The notes beneath the pieces were generated by a model that saw nothing but the letters and a program-made list of their open reading frames with translations, made no database searches and was not told the origin of the DNA. 64,000 nucleotides of DNA from Eledone cirrhosa (Eukaryota), in NCBI GenBank assembly GCA_964016885.1, contig OZ024742.1, forward strand, positions 151,714,001 through 151,778,000, in the 5' to 3' direction. Positions 24,170 to 44,290 of this stretch are shown here, in pieces. Position 1 is the first letter of the stretch. Every line of letters begins with the position of its first letter. The translations under genes and the position numbers were made by a program.

Positions 24170-25648
24170 TTTCATTTATTAGCCACAAGGGCCGACATGT
24201 AGGGGACAATACAAAGACAGGGACAGTGGGGGTTTATAATAAGGTCGAGTAAAAGTGCACAACGGCAAGACTAATTTAACAATGAAGATATAAAAATATT
24301 AAATAAACTATGCATAAATATAACAAAATAAATTCCCCGATAGGGGGTGGACGACCCTGGGGTGACTCGGGTACCCCACCAATCCTGAACCACCATGCGC
24401 TTCTAGGGCACCCAGGGAGATCACCCCTCTCCTCAAGTTAGCTAGCCTATAGGCGCATGGTCAGAGTAGGCCCATTCACACGAGCCATTCTCGCCACATT
24501 TATTCACATTTTAGCAAATGTACTGGGGGCCAGCACTTCTCTCTCCACCCTCACCTTCCTTTCCAGGTGAAACTTGAAGAAGTTGATGAGGGATTGGCCG
24601 AAGAGAAACGTGTCTGTCTTCAGTCCTTTTAACCTGGTCGACCATATAACCTCGTTTGCAACTGCCATCAGACAGAGGGAAATTTTCTGCTCTTCCTGAC
24701 CTAAGGAAGGCGGCGGGTCGATCTTCACCATGGACTCGACCGATAGCCGGATTCGTTCCACACGCGACAGTAGTTGTTCGACATAACTCCACAAGTCAGT
24801 AATGCACGGATATTGGAAGTGCATGCAGAACGGTTTCGTCGTTCTGTGCGCATTTTGGGCAGGTCTGTCTGACAGCACTTCCGTGCCTGTAGAGTTTATC
24901 CCGAACCGGCAGTGCCCCACCGGTAGCACTGCCAAGCGAAGGATTTCTAAAAATTGTCCATCGTCCCCGGCTCGAAAGTCCTCCGGTACAGACTGGTCAG
25001 TTCAACTTCGTCGAGGCCCAAAGCTTCTCCGAGTGCGTCAGCTTGCCCAGCACTAATCCTCTATAGAACTCGAGAGTGGAAGTTCCACTGATCGCATTGC
25101 CCGCTTGGCAGAGGGCAGTGAGTGCCTGGCAACATTCCAGGTGCCAGTCACCCAGTCTCGGTCTCTTCTTGACCCAGGACTGCAGATTAGTCAAAGAAAT
25201 GAGCTGCGGAAAGGTCCGTCTGATAAACGGCGACCACACCTATTCACCGTTGTGGCAGAATATCTGGAGATGTCGCAGCCTCAACGCATGTCTGCGCATC
25301 ATTAGCCACGGCATGCCCAGCCCTCCGCGTAGAGGGTGCTGGCAGCAGATGAACCGCCTCACCAACGGAACTTGTCCCCTCCACAAGAATCTGAAGAGGA
25401 GCCGTTTCAACTTGACCAGGCGCGGACGGGGGCAAGGCACGACGGTCAGGCGGTAGTAGATGACGGAGGCGATGTACGCATTCGCTATCTCCGCGTGACC
25501 ATTCAGTGATAGCTTCCTCCCAGCCCATTTTGGGGGAGACTGGCTACTCTGCTCGTTACCTCGTCCCAATCCTTTTCCACCTGGAAGTCTGGTCCGAACC
25601 AAACTCCGAGAAACTCTACCGGTCCGTCCAGCGCCCCACGACGCTGAA
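24168..25648 (-). mobile_element. L1/Tx1-clade LINE 3' fragment (5'-truncated, frameshifted)
   Basis: WAGRKLSLNG...IASVIYYRL...LFRFLWRG...RGGLGMP; AATAAA at its 3' end abutting the (TAA)n tail of family A. Confidence 0.85.
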
Positions 25649-25735
25649 TAATACACACACGCGCACACACACACACACACATACGCGCGCACACACCAAC
25701 ACTCATACATACAAACACACACACACTACTCACTT

Positions 25736-25768
<33 letters not shown>

Positions 25769-25769
<1 letters not shown>

Positions 25770-25953
25770 TGTTTCTACGTTAGGCACAAGGCCAGCAAAT
25801 ACCCAGTGTATTACTGGTACTTTATTTTATCGACCCAGTAAGGATGAAAGGCAAAGTTAACCTCGGCGGGATTTGAACTCAGAATGGCAAGGGCTGTAAC
25901 TCTATGCGTCAAAGCATGGCATCCGACCCTCTACCAATACTGCCAATCCACCG
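25769..25953 (-). mobile_element. tRNA-derived SINE (diverged + strand copy also at ~26070-26220)
   Basis: Matches the SINE consensus in the window. Confidence 0.88.
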
Positions 25954-26511
25954 ATATATTACCGTCATTACTGATACAAGATTACAAGATTATGTCAACT
26001 GTTGACTTTCAAAAGAGTTCATATAGTTGAAGCCGTTCGTGTTACCGTTCAGTATTATTATAATTACTTTACAGCATAGAGCTATGGCCCTCCACGCTCC
26101 GAGCTCAAATCCCGCCAAGGTCAGCCTTGCCTTTCATCCCCACGGAGTCAACAGAAGAGAGTACCAGTAATGCGCTGGAACAATCGCTGGCTCCGTGCCA
26201 AAAGCAGAAAAATTATTATTAAAGTTGTTGTTATCTTAAGGCCCGGTCGCTAGTGGTGGTGTATGGTGGTGGCGGCGGCGGCGGCGGCGGTGGTGGCAGT
26301 TGATGTTGTTGTTGAGTTGTGTGTGTGTGTGTGTGTTTTGTTATTTTGTCTTTTTTTATTTATCGTTTTTATTTATCGCTGTTGTTGTAAATGTTCATTT
26401 CAATTCATTCTGAAGCTGTTGTTGTTGTAGATGTTGGGGTTGAAATCTGGTCGTTTGACTGAGTGATGTATATACACACATATACATACATATATATATA
26501 TACACATACAC

Positions 26512-26621
26512 ATTCAACACAGAGTAGAGAGTTTGACAACAGGTCGGTGATTTTCTAGATAGGGTAATAATCTAGACTAAAGTCACCGACTGTGTCACAA
26601 ACTCTCTACTCTGTGTTGAAT
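26512..26621. repeat. 110-bp fold-back inverted repeat (MITE-like / hairpin)
   Basis: 24-bp perfect outer arms ATTCAACACAGAGTAGAGAGTTTG / CAAACTCTCTACTCTGTGTTGAAT plus an inner GTCGGTGA...TCTAGA stem. Confidence 0.9.
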
Positions 26622-26629
26622 ATACATAC

Positions 26630-27153
26630 ATGGTGGCTGCCAACTCGTTTTCGAGTACGGCCACTACTTTATATCCATGTAGGAGAACCCCTACCGATGC
26701 GCTAAACAAGTGTGACTTTTTAGTCCAGCCAGCGACTTGAAAACTCTGGTACAAAAACTACACCTGTGACAATTATTGACACATAGTGCTGGGCCCATAG
26801 CATCATGTGACGACAAGTGCAGAGAGATCTCCAGATATAAAACAATGCCTGTGCCGTGAAGCTTTTATAGTGAGCAAAGGCACTGCACAAAGTCAGTCCC
26901 ACTCTCTTAACCAAGATCATTGGATACCATCAGGGTTGCAGGTGTTATATCAGAGTTTTCCTTCTAGAATTCTGCCTTGACAAAGGCTAAGGGGTCATCT
27001 CTCCCGGAGATTTTGGATGGCCATTGACGCTTAAGAGCTCCTTTGCCCTTTGACAGGTTAAATTTTAGTCCTGCAGGATGTCCAAAGTCACCCTGCTCAC
27101 CAAGAAACCTTGGTGGGGTTGCCAGTTTAGTCGCCAACAACCCGACCATGAGA
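26630..27153 (-). mobile_element. Non-autonomous RTE-derived element, 5'-truncated copy
   Basis: Homologous to 28845-29453. Confidence 0.85.
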
Positions 27154-27229
27154 CATACATATACATACATATGTATACATACATATACATACATATATAT
27201 ATACATATATATATACATATACATATATA

Positions 27230-27840
27230 TGGTGGCTGCTAACTCGTTTTCGAGTACGGCCACTACTTTATATCCATGTAGGAGAACCCCTACCGATGCA
27301 CTGAACGAGTGTGACTTTTTAGTCCAGCCAGCGACTTGAAAACTCTGGTACAAACACTACACTTGTGACAATTATTGACACATAGTGCTGGGCCCATGGT
27401 ACCATGTGACGACAAGTGCAGAGAGATCTCCAGATATAAAGCAATGCCTGTGCCGTGAAGCTTTTATAGTGAGCAAAGGCACTGCACAAAGCCAGTCCCA
27501 CTCTCTTAACCAAGATGATATTTACCAAAAAGAAGAACATGTCAACATCATTGGATACCATCAGAGTTGCAGGTGTTATATCAGAGTTTTCCTTCTCCTA
27601 GAATTCTGCCTTGACAAAGGCTAAGGGGTCATCTCTCCCGGTGATTTTGGATGGCCATTGACTCTTAAGAGCTCCTTTGCCCTTTGACAGGTTTTGTTTT
27701 TAGTCCTGCAGGATGTCCAAAGTCACCCTCCTCACCAAGAAACCTTGGTGGGGTTGCCAGTTTAGTCGCCAACGACCCGACCATGAGACAGGTTGTACTG
27801 GGATACATGTTACCAGTAGCACCAACTGGTGACCTGACAT
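27230..27840 (-). mobile_element. Non-autonomous RTE-derived element, full-length copy
   Basis: Reverse complement of 28845-29453; flanked by (TA)/(TACA)n. Confidence 0.85.
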
Positions 27841-28113
27841 GCATATATATACATACATACATACATACATACACATACATACATATACACATATATATAC
27901 ACATACACATACATACATATATCGTATATACTTACATATACATACATACATATACATACATATATACATATACATACATATACACATATACATACATACA
28001 CATACATACATACATATACATACATATATACATACTTACATATACATACATATATATACATATACATACATATACATACATACATACATACATACATACA
28101 TACATACATACAT

Positions 28114-28162
<49 letters not shown>

Positions 28163-28444
28163 AAGAAGAAATTAAAAGATGGTTAAAAAAGTTCCATATA
28201 TTTTATTATGCGCATTTGGAAAACAATATCATCCTGGGACAAAAATTGTTTTCTCATCAGATAAAATAAAGTAATATGATATGAGGCCCAAAAACACTTT
28301 TGAACAAGAAAGGGTCCAGTCTACATATGACAAAAATATAAGAGAAAGAATAGGAAAAATGAAGAAAAGGAAAGAAGGAAAAAGGAAAAAGAAATAGAAG
28401 AGAGGAAAAAGAAAGGACGAAGGAGAGGGAAAGAAAGAAAGAAG

Positions 28445-28514
<70 letters not shown>

Positions 28515-28716
28515 TTGATCTGGAACGCTGTCAAAAAACGAAATCAGCTGTAAAATAACGGCTAAAAAAAAAAAAAAAAAATTGATAAGGTGTATGTGCT
28601 AATATTACAAATATTAGAGGTCTAGAATATAGAAACTGGGTATATTATTTTATATTGACTTTGAATAGTAAAAATTGGATTATTAAAAAATTGGATTTTA
28701 TTCATATGTATGTATG

Positions 28717-28751
<35 letters not shown>

Positions 28752-28844
28752 GTATGTATGTATATATGTATATATATATATATATATGTGTCAGGTCACC
28801 AGTTATATATATATGTGTCAGGTCACCAGTTATATATATATATA

Positions 28845-29453
28845 TGTCAGGTCACCAGTTGGTGCTACTGGTAACATGTATTCCAGTACAACCTGTCTCA
28901 TGGTCGGGTCGTTGGCGACTAAACTGGCAACCCCACCAAGGTTTCTTGGTGAGGAGGGTGACTTTGGACATCCTGCAGGACTAAAAACAAAACCTGTCAA
29001 AGGGCAAAGGAGCTCTTAAGAGTCAATGGCCATCCAAAATTATTGGGAGAGATGACCCCTTAGCCTTTGTCAAGGCAGAATTCTAGGAGAAGGAAAACTC
29101 TGATATAACACCTGCAACCCTGATGGTATCCAATGATGTTGACTTGTTCTTCTTTTTGGTAAATATCATCTTGGTTAAGAGAGTGGGACTGGCTTTGTGC
29201 AGTGCCTTTGCTCACTATAAAAGCTTCACGGCACAGGCATTGCTTTGTATCTGGAGATCTCTCTGCACTTGTCGTCACATGGTACCGTGGGCCTAGCACT
29301 ATGTGTCAATAATTGTCACAGGTGTAGTGTTTGTACCAGAGTTTTCAAGTCGCTGGCTGGACTAAAGTTACATTCGTTCAGCGCATCGGTAGGAGTTCTC
29401 CTACATGGATATAAAGTAGTGGCCGTACTCGAAAACGAGTTGGCAGCCACCAT
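28845..29453 (+). mobile_element. Non-autonomous bipartite RTE-derived element (~610 bp)
   Basis: 5' part carries the RTE 5'-UTR motif CTAGGAGAAGGAAAACTCTGA; 3' part encodes a [15 protein letters not shown](S/L)H zinc-finger remnant typical of RTE C-termini. Confidence 0.75.
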
Positions 29454-29639
29454 ATATATGTGTAGGGGGTGAGTAATATTGGAGAACAATAAATTATTGA
29501 GTAAATATTATTATAATTATTTAAAAAACCTTTTTTTATAATTATTATAATTATTTTTAATTTAATTTTATCTTGTTTTATTTTATTAATACATTTTTAC
29601 ACTTATATATATACATATATACATACATAAACACACATA

Positions 29640-30395
29640 TACGAGGTGTGTCAGAAAAGTCCCAGAACTGATGTCACAAAAGATTTATTTCAAACCCAAA
29701 CTTCACACTAAGAGTTTTGTCCTTCAAAGTAATCCCCCTGGAGTATATAACTGTAATCTTAGCTCTCTGCAGCGATCAAACCTTTTTCTTCATAATTTTA
29801 TATACATGTCCTCATGAGCATAGAGCAACGAACAAACTTGGTACGGTTGGGGAAAACACCGTCAGAAGCACTGGGATTGCTGCAGCAAGTGTATGGAGAT
29901 GAGACGATGTCACGCTCACGTGTTTTTAGTGGGCAAGAGGTTTAAGGAAGGACGCGAGGACGTGGAAGATGACCCCAGGAGCGGAAGGCCCTCAACAACC
30001 AGGACTGAGGTCAAGGTTGAGCGCGTCAGGCAGATGGTGCGTAGCGATCGTCGGTTGACTGTTCGACTGATGGCAAATGAGCTGGGTATGAATCGGGACA
30101 GCGTCTGGAAGATTCTCACTGAAGATTTGGACATGCGGAAAGTCTGCGCGAAGATGGTGCCAAAACTGCTGAATGATGACCACAAGGGTCGACGCATGCA
30201 AGTGTGCCAGGACATCCTCGAGCGTCTTGAAACCGAACCAGACTTGCTGGGGACAGTCATCACCGGTCATGGATCTTCGAGCACGACCCGGAGGTGACCT
30301 GTTTTGAAGACGTGGTCGACATCAAAAAGGCCGTGACGACGGAACTGCGGAGGATCCCGGAAGAATCCTTCCAGGAGTGCATGTAAGCGTGGCAG

Positions 30396-30397
<2 letters not shown>
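29640..30397 (+). mobile_element. Internally deleted mariner-family DNA transposon
   Basis: TA + CGAGGTGTGTCAGAAAAGT terminus; KRFKEGREDVEDDPRSGRPST, DRRLTVR, RKVCAKMVPKLL, VITG; jumps to the C-terminal FEDVVDIKKAV, so the catalytic core and right TIR are missing. Confidence 0.9.
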
Positions 30398-31233
<836 letters not shown>

Positions 31234-31318
31234 ATGTATATATGTATATGTATATATGTATTTATATATATATATATGTATATATATATGCATATATATA
31301 TATATATATATATATATA

Positions 31319-36372
<5,054 letters not shown>

Positions 36373-36411
36373 CATATATATGTATGATATATATATATAC
36401 CTCTTCATTTA

Positions 36412-36496
<85 letters not shown>

Positions 36497-37487
36497 AGCT
36501 GTGGGAGAGATAATTAATATGTATACTTTAATTATATACACAGGACTGTTATTATCATACACACCTTGTCTATTGTTGTGTAATAACATTATGACGTTAT
36601 TAAATTTTACACCTCTTCAATTCATATCATAGTGAAATATTCGTATCTTACTCCATATCAGCTATTGTTTTTCACAGTAAGTAATTATCTATTATCTATA
36701 ACTCATTTTCCATTTTTATTACTGCAATTTAAAAAAAAATTTTTCTCTCACGCTCTATAGTTTAATGCCTATAATTTGATTTATGTTAAAACACCCCATT
36801 TCTTAAACACCACAACTTATAACAATTTATATAACTTAACTAATTATTCCATTACTCTCATTTAATTTATCATCCACATTTATCATTTATTAAATCTGCT
36901 GAACATAAATCATTCCACTTAAAAATATTAACTAATCAACGCTATCTTATATAAACTACCATACATATGTGATTTCTGCAGAATTTCTTAATATCCTGTT
37001 CTGAAATATATAACTAAATTCTTAAATATCGCATTGGCACTTATAACTACTTATAGTGATTAACTGGAAAGGGTTAAGCTTAAATAATGAGAAAGTTAGC
37101 TTTATTATTAAAGTTAGCTTTATTATTTTGAAAAAATATTTGAAAACCAAAGACAATGTCTTTTGTTAGAAATATGGAAATGAAAGGGTAAGCTTCATTA
37201 ACGGGAAAGTTAGTTTATGACTAAATCCTTCCAAATGTTTGATTATTTTGAAACAATATTGAATACTAAGGACTGTCTTTTGTTAGAAATATGATAAAGA
37301 AATGTTAAATGTGAAAGTTATTATTATAATGTTGTAGGTTAAATATAATATAATAAAACAAAGTATAACATATGTGTGTGTGTAACAGTCGGATGTAGTC
37401 AATTGTTGTCTTATCAAGTGCGTGTTTGCCTTGATGTTCTCTCTCTTTCACTCACTGATTCCCGGTCTTTGTACCGCAGAAGACACT

Positions 37488-37541
<54 letters not shown>

Positions 37542-37681
37542 GATATTAAATAAATGGAAACTATATTTATAAAACCATTTATTTCATTATACATATTTCA
37601 GGGATACCAAATTAAAATATGTTATAATATCAGTTATAAAATATTTACTTGTTGTATCCCAACAATTTTAAATAGAACTTT

Positions 37682-37760
<79 letters not shown>

Positions 37761-37811
37761 ATATATATATGTATATATATATATATGTATGTATATATAC
37801 ATATATGTATG

Positions 37812-37889
<78 letters not shown>

Positions 37890-38307
37890 CCTCTGTCATG
37901 TCAGTTAACTCTTCCTCACACTTCCACTCCCTCACTCACTGTTTCTCCCCTTCTCACTTCACCCCGTTCGCGACGAAAACATTTTCTCTCTTTCTCACAT
38001 TTGGATTCATCTCGAAAGGTCTTTTTTCTAAGCGCTCATATATTCACCTAGCTTATGCTAACAGAATAACTATGTAGCTTGTTCCCTTCCTCTCTACGGT
38101 TAGCTCTCCTCTTTGTTGTTATCTTGTCTCACTCGCTTTACGCGTTTTAATTGTCCTAATAACTTAATTTAGTTATTATTGCACCGACGTGAGGTATATG
38201 ATTTTTAATGCAATGAAATATCTATGATCGTCGGCAAATCACTGATGAGGGACTCATTTTATTACATGTTATCCATGTGCAACCTGCAGTATTCTTCTCC
38301 CCATTTT

Positions 38308-38386
<79 letters not shown>

Positions 38387-38447
38387 TATATATATATACA
38401 TATATATAGACATATATATATATACATATATACACATATCTTCTTCT

Positions 38448-38478
<31 letters not shown>

Positions 38479-38901
38479 TCCTTTTTCTCTCTCTCTTTTT
38501 TCCCCCCCGTCAAACTTGGGCGAAATTCTTTCCTTGCTCACATTTCAACCAGGTTTGATGGTCTTTTTTCTCTTGTTCACGATTTCACAGAGTTTATATT
38601 CATAGAGATCTGGGACTTGTCTATTTCTACTCACTTTCCGTTGCTAAAACTTTTTTGTTGTTACTCTGGCGTCCCCCTTTATTTACGTGTCCCAACGACT
38701 TTTTTTAGCCGTTGTTCGCACCAACCCGAGGCATATGGCCCTTAAAGCGATGAAATGCCCAGGACGGTTGGAGGGTCACTGATGAAGGACTCACTTTTTC
38801 ATATGTATCCCATTTGCAACGCCGCAGCTCCATTATTATCATATTTACATATACATATATACATATATACATATATACACATATATATATACATATATAT
38901 G

Positions 38902-38994
<93 letters not shown>

Positions 38995-39035
38995 GATATA
39001 TTAACAAATGGAAACTATATTTATAAAACCATATT

Positions 39036-39100
39036 TATTTCATTATACATATTTCAAGGACACCAAGTTAAATTATGGTGTGCTTTCATCAGATAAAATA
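39036..39100 (-). ncRNA. Type I hammerhead ribozyme motif (HH-a copy)
   Basis: TATTTTAT-CTGATGA-AAGCACACCA...TGGTGTCCTT-GAAA-TATGTA-TA|ATGAAATA; 8-bp stem I. Confidence 0.8.
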
Positions 39101-39249
39101 TAATATAGATCAGTTTTATAAATAAATATTGACATACCCTTAAAGAATGCGACCATTTCTGTTGGAAGGTCCCGGATAGTGGGGTTATAAATTTATTTAT
39201 AGTATTATGCAAATTAGTGTCGGATATATTTAAATCACAGTAGATTTAA

Positions 39250-39316
<67 letters not shown>

Positions 39317-39382
39317 CATACATACATATATGTATATATATATATATAGTTAAAAGAATAGAGGTGTAACACACAAGTTATT

Positions 39383-39842
<460 letters not shown>

Positions 39843-39880
39843 CATACATACATATATATATACATATATATACACACATT

Positions 39881-39993
<113 letters not shown>

Positions 39994-39999
39994 GTATAT

Positions 40000-40389
40000 A
40001 TGGTGGCTGCCAACTCGTTTTCGAGTACGGCCACTACGTTATATCCATGTAGGAGAACCCCTACCGATGCACTGAACAAGTGTGACTTTTTAGTCCAGCC
40101 AGTGACTTGAAAACTCTGGTACAAACACTACACTTGTGACAATTATTGACACATAGTGCTGGGCCCATGGTACCATGTGAGGACAAGTGCAGAGAGATCT
40201 CCAGATATAAAGCAATGCCTGTGCCGTGAAGCTTTTATAGTGAGCAAAGGCACTGCACAAAGCCAGTCCCACTCTCTTAACCAAGATGATATTTACCAAA
40301 AAGAAGAACAAGTCAACATCATCGGATACCATCAGGGTTGCAGGTGTTATATCAGAGTTTTCCCTCTCCTAGAATTCTGCCTTGACAAA
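40000..40389 (-). mobile_element. Non-autonomous RTE-derived element, 5'-truncated copy in (TA)n
   Basis: Homologous to the 3' 390 bp of 28845-29453. Confidence 0.85.
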
Positions 40390-40431
40390 TATATATATGT
40401 ATGTATATATACATATATGTATGTATGTATA

Positions 40432-40573
<142 letters not shown>

Positions 40574-41376
40574 TATATACACAAAGAGATAGAGAAAGAT
40601 AGAGAGAATGGATGCGATATCCCAGTGATTTGATTGGTACTTTAATTAATTGACTACGGAAGGATGATTGAAGAAACTATTCTCTGGGGGACTGAAACAA
40701 AAATTAAAGAGACACTTCACTGCCTTAGACTTGTACTTTACTTCTTTAACACCGAGTAACATTGTTCACAGTACTTAACTGGTACTATATTTTATTGAAC
40801 CTGATAGGATGAAAGAACAGAATTTGGACTCGGAACGTAAAGAGTCTGAACAAATACCGTGAGGCATTTTTGATGATGTTCTAACAATTTTGTCAATACC
40901 CCGTATGCCTACACCCTACCCGTACGCCTACACATCCACACGTGTACGTGAGGTGATGACTTATTGGTTATTTGTCTCTGGAATTCATATTCTACTAACA
41001 CTGTATGCGACAATATGAATAAATGCAGCGTAGTAAATCCACATTAGTAATATCTCTAAACATTTAACACCTTTGAAACATCTAATTAACATTGAATTAG
41101 CTACGTCGTATTATATAACCAGTAAACTCTTAATTCTCAATGATGACTAAACCGTTTTGATACCAACCCGCTGCAACTTACTCCAAAGATATTATGACAA
41201 ACCACTTATTTTAAACTTTTCATTTTAAAATAAAAAAATTAATGTTAAAGAAGAATATATTTGTTAAACTATGTATTAAGTATAGTAAGTTATATTTTAA
41301 ATCCTTTTAACTCGTTGACAAAATTAAGTGAACATTATTGCTAGTGTATTTTATTAGATACATATTAACGAAAAGT

Positions 41377-41595
41377 TCAAGACGTGGTATGGAGCGACTG
41401 GGTATCAATTACTGGTCCCAGACATAGGCTTCTGGTGGTGCCAGAAGTTATTGTTTGAGAAGGAAGATTTCCGCTGACTGCTGGGAGGTAGGATTTCGGT
41501 CCGTTAGAGTCGATTGTGTCTTCGTTTTCTAGATAGGAATGGACCTCTTCCAGTTTCGACAAAGAGTATTCCAATTGTTCGATCAACGGAACAGC
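41377..41595 (-). CDS. Possible terminal coding exon of an unidentified host gene
   Basis: Non-repetitive open frame (LIEQLEYSLSKLEEVHSYLENED...TTS*) preceded by TAG and followed by AT-rich sequence; no recognisable domain. Confidence 0.25.
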   Translation of the reverse strand, partial: AVPLIEQLEYSLSKLEEVHSYLENEDTIDSNGPKSYLPAVSGNLPSQTITSGTTRSLCLGPVIDTQSLHTTS

Positions 41596-42356
41596 TAGTT
41601 CATGAAATTTACGTGTAAAATTACTTGTAAGTGACTGAGCATTCTAGAGACATGTGAACTTTTAACCTACTTATCTAGGAGTTTCAGGGCGTTACAGTAT
41701 GCAACAAGACTGGCCATTTGACTCACACGAACAGTTCATCTGATGGACTTTCACAGTTTCCGTCTAACCAATTTCACTCCCAATACATGAGTAGACTTGA
41801 GGTCAAGTTAAAAAATACTTGCCAAGATGACATAAAGTGGTATCAAACTCAGAACCTAAAGATTGCGATGCAGACTTCTCAACCATCAGCCATATTGCGT
41901 CTAACCTTTTTTTAGAAATTCTATTGGTAAATATACGAAAATATCAATTCCTACCTCTCCTTCTTATACATAGACATGGAAGAACCATACATTGATGGAT
42001 AGTTATGAACTCACTAGAAAATTGTCACTTGGTTCTATGCTAGAAATAAAAATTTTTCTTCTTAAAAAACACAGCAACAAACAACAAAATCACGTAAATG
42101 TATATTCTATAAATATTGCAGTTTTCTAAGAATTAAGCTGTAGGCACTGTTTCAGTATACATTCTTGCATACCAAAGTTATATGAATATATGTATTCATA
42201 CAAATATATCTACGCATAGAAATACTTACACACCCGCACACGCACACACACATATTTACGCACACACACATATGTGTGTGTGCATTTATGAACATACATA
42301 CAAAAATACTTACACACCTACATACATATATTTATATACACACACATAGATATTTG

Positions 42357-42432
<76 letters not shown>

Positions 42433-43017
42433 CTCATTTATGAATCACTAACTTGGCTAGTATCTCTAAATGGAATTATTAATTACAGGTTTTCTGACAT
42501 ATAAACTATGTAACAATAATTTCAATTGTATTCCCATTTTTCAACAGCATATTAATTTGTCATCTCGGATAATATTTAACGACTGTTTGCATTCTTTGAC
42601 ACATAGCAAATCATCATTTTCTAGTAGCAACAACAGACTAGCCATAACGGCAATCTGGGATAAATTTTTGCTATATAATGTGTGACTGGAGTTCAACTCC
42701 TAAAATTAGGCACCGAAACGTCCTCTGTTGTATTTATAGTTTCTTCGTTAATTACAACGGTTGAATCACACACGAAAGATATATTCATATTTAATATATT
42801 TTTTACATACAAAATTATGCAAAACGTTATCTAAAAAAGTTATTTTTATTCTACCACATGTAGACATACAGAGAAAGCAAGAAAGAAAGAAAGCGAGAGA
42901 GAGAGAGAGGGAGAGAGAGAGGGAGAGAGAGAGGGAGAGAGAGAGAGAGAGAGAAACATACACACATGGAGAAACATATACAAACACAGGCATGCGTACA
43001 CACAAATATGTAAACAA

Positions 43018-43063
<46 letters not shown>

Positions 43064-43094
43064 GCTGCTGCTTCTGCTGCTACTACTACTATAA

Positions 43095-43152
<58 letters not shown>

Positions 43153-43185
43153 TTACTACGACTACTGCTGATTCTGCTGCTGCTG

Positions 43186-43232
<47 letters not shown>
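43018..43232. repeat. (CTA)n/(CTG)n microsatellite
   Basis: Direct reading. Confidence 0.97.
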
Positions 43233-43233
<1 letters not shown>

Positions 43234-43421
43234 TATATATATATTACTCCTTTACTCTTTTACCTGTTCCAACCAACCGGCTGAGTCTATGCTGGGGCAC
43301 AATATATATATATTTATTAAAATAACAGATTATTTGCTCTACGGTTCTTTTATATTTGATATATATTTATTTTTATCGAGCCCTCTTTGGATTTTAGTCT
43401 TCAAATTTATTATTATTATTA

Positions 43422-43949
43422 TTCTTTGAGTCTCAGTCATTGATGTTAGTTAACTGGAAAGTTTGTTGAAATGAATATCAAGCCACTACCTGCAGCCTCA
43501 GATATTCAGGACGTATCGGAGGGTTCTTGCTGTTCCTAGCAAGCATGCCTTTTGAAACGTTCCAAAAAGCGTGAAGGGGCCAATTTTCTTTAACCATCCC
43601 TGGAAACTTTTGGAGATAGTCCCTAGTGCGCCTATGACAATCGGGATCACTTTGACTTCATGGCAGTTCCAAATCCTTTTCACCTCCCACTTTAGGTCCT
43701 GGTATCGGTTAATTTCTCCCTCTCCTTCTCTTGCACTCTCATGTCGAGTGGGCAGGCCACATCCACAATCAAACACGATCTATTTTCATTGTCCAAAACC
43801 ACCAGGTCAGGTCTATTGTGTTCCAGTTTCTTGTCCGTCTGTATCCTAAAATCCCACAGCACCTTCACCTGATCGTTTTCTATCACCGCCTCTGGCCTAT
43901 GCTCATACCACTTCTCAGAATGTGGTAAATTGTTTACTTTGCATATGTG

Positions 43950-43950
<1 letters not shown>
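43422..43950 (-). mobile_element. 5'-truncated R4/Dong family B copy
   Basis: Endonuclease region (NRPDLVV, RYQDLKWE) with a frameshift, plus 3' UTR; bounded by (TTA)n. Confidence 0.92.
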
Positions 43951-43987
<37 letters not shown>

Positions 43988-43988
<1 letters not shown>

Positions 43989-44197
43989 AGTTGCATTTAT
44001 CTTGCTTTATGTTCATACGAGTTATCACCAAGTCACAACCAGTGACCTCAAGAGACAACAAGGTCCGCCATGTTCAAGAAAGAACATACATACTCACGCA
44101 TGTATCTTTAGTGTTTAGACTTGTGATGTACTTATATTGACATAAACTTCCTTAGTATATGGGCAGTTCCCATTAGTACTATCTTTTGTATTTCTCT
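43988..44197 (-). mobile_element. 5'-truncated R4/Dong family A copy (3' ~210 bp)
   Basis: Reverse complement of ~23920-24127; bounded by (TTA)n. Confidence 0.92.
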
Positions 44198-44212
44198 ACT
44201 ACTACTACTGCT

Positions 44213-44280
<68 letters not shown>

Positions 44281-44290
44281 GTTATTGTTA

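Noticed and set aside
38215-38830. Two related short repeats containing TCACTGATGA(G/A)GGACTCA
   Set aside because: No downstream GAAA or closing stem II found, so not called hammerheads
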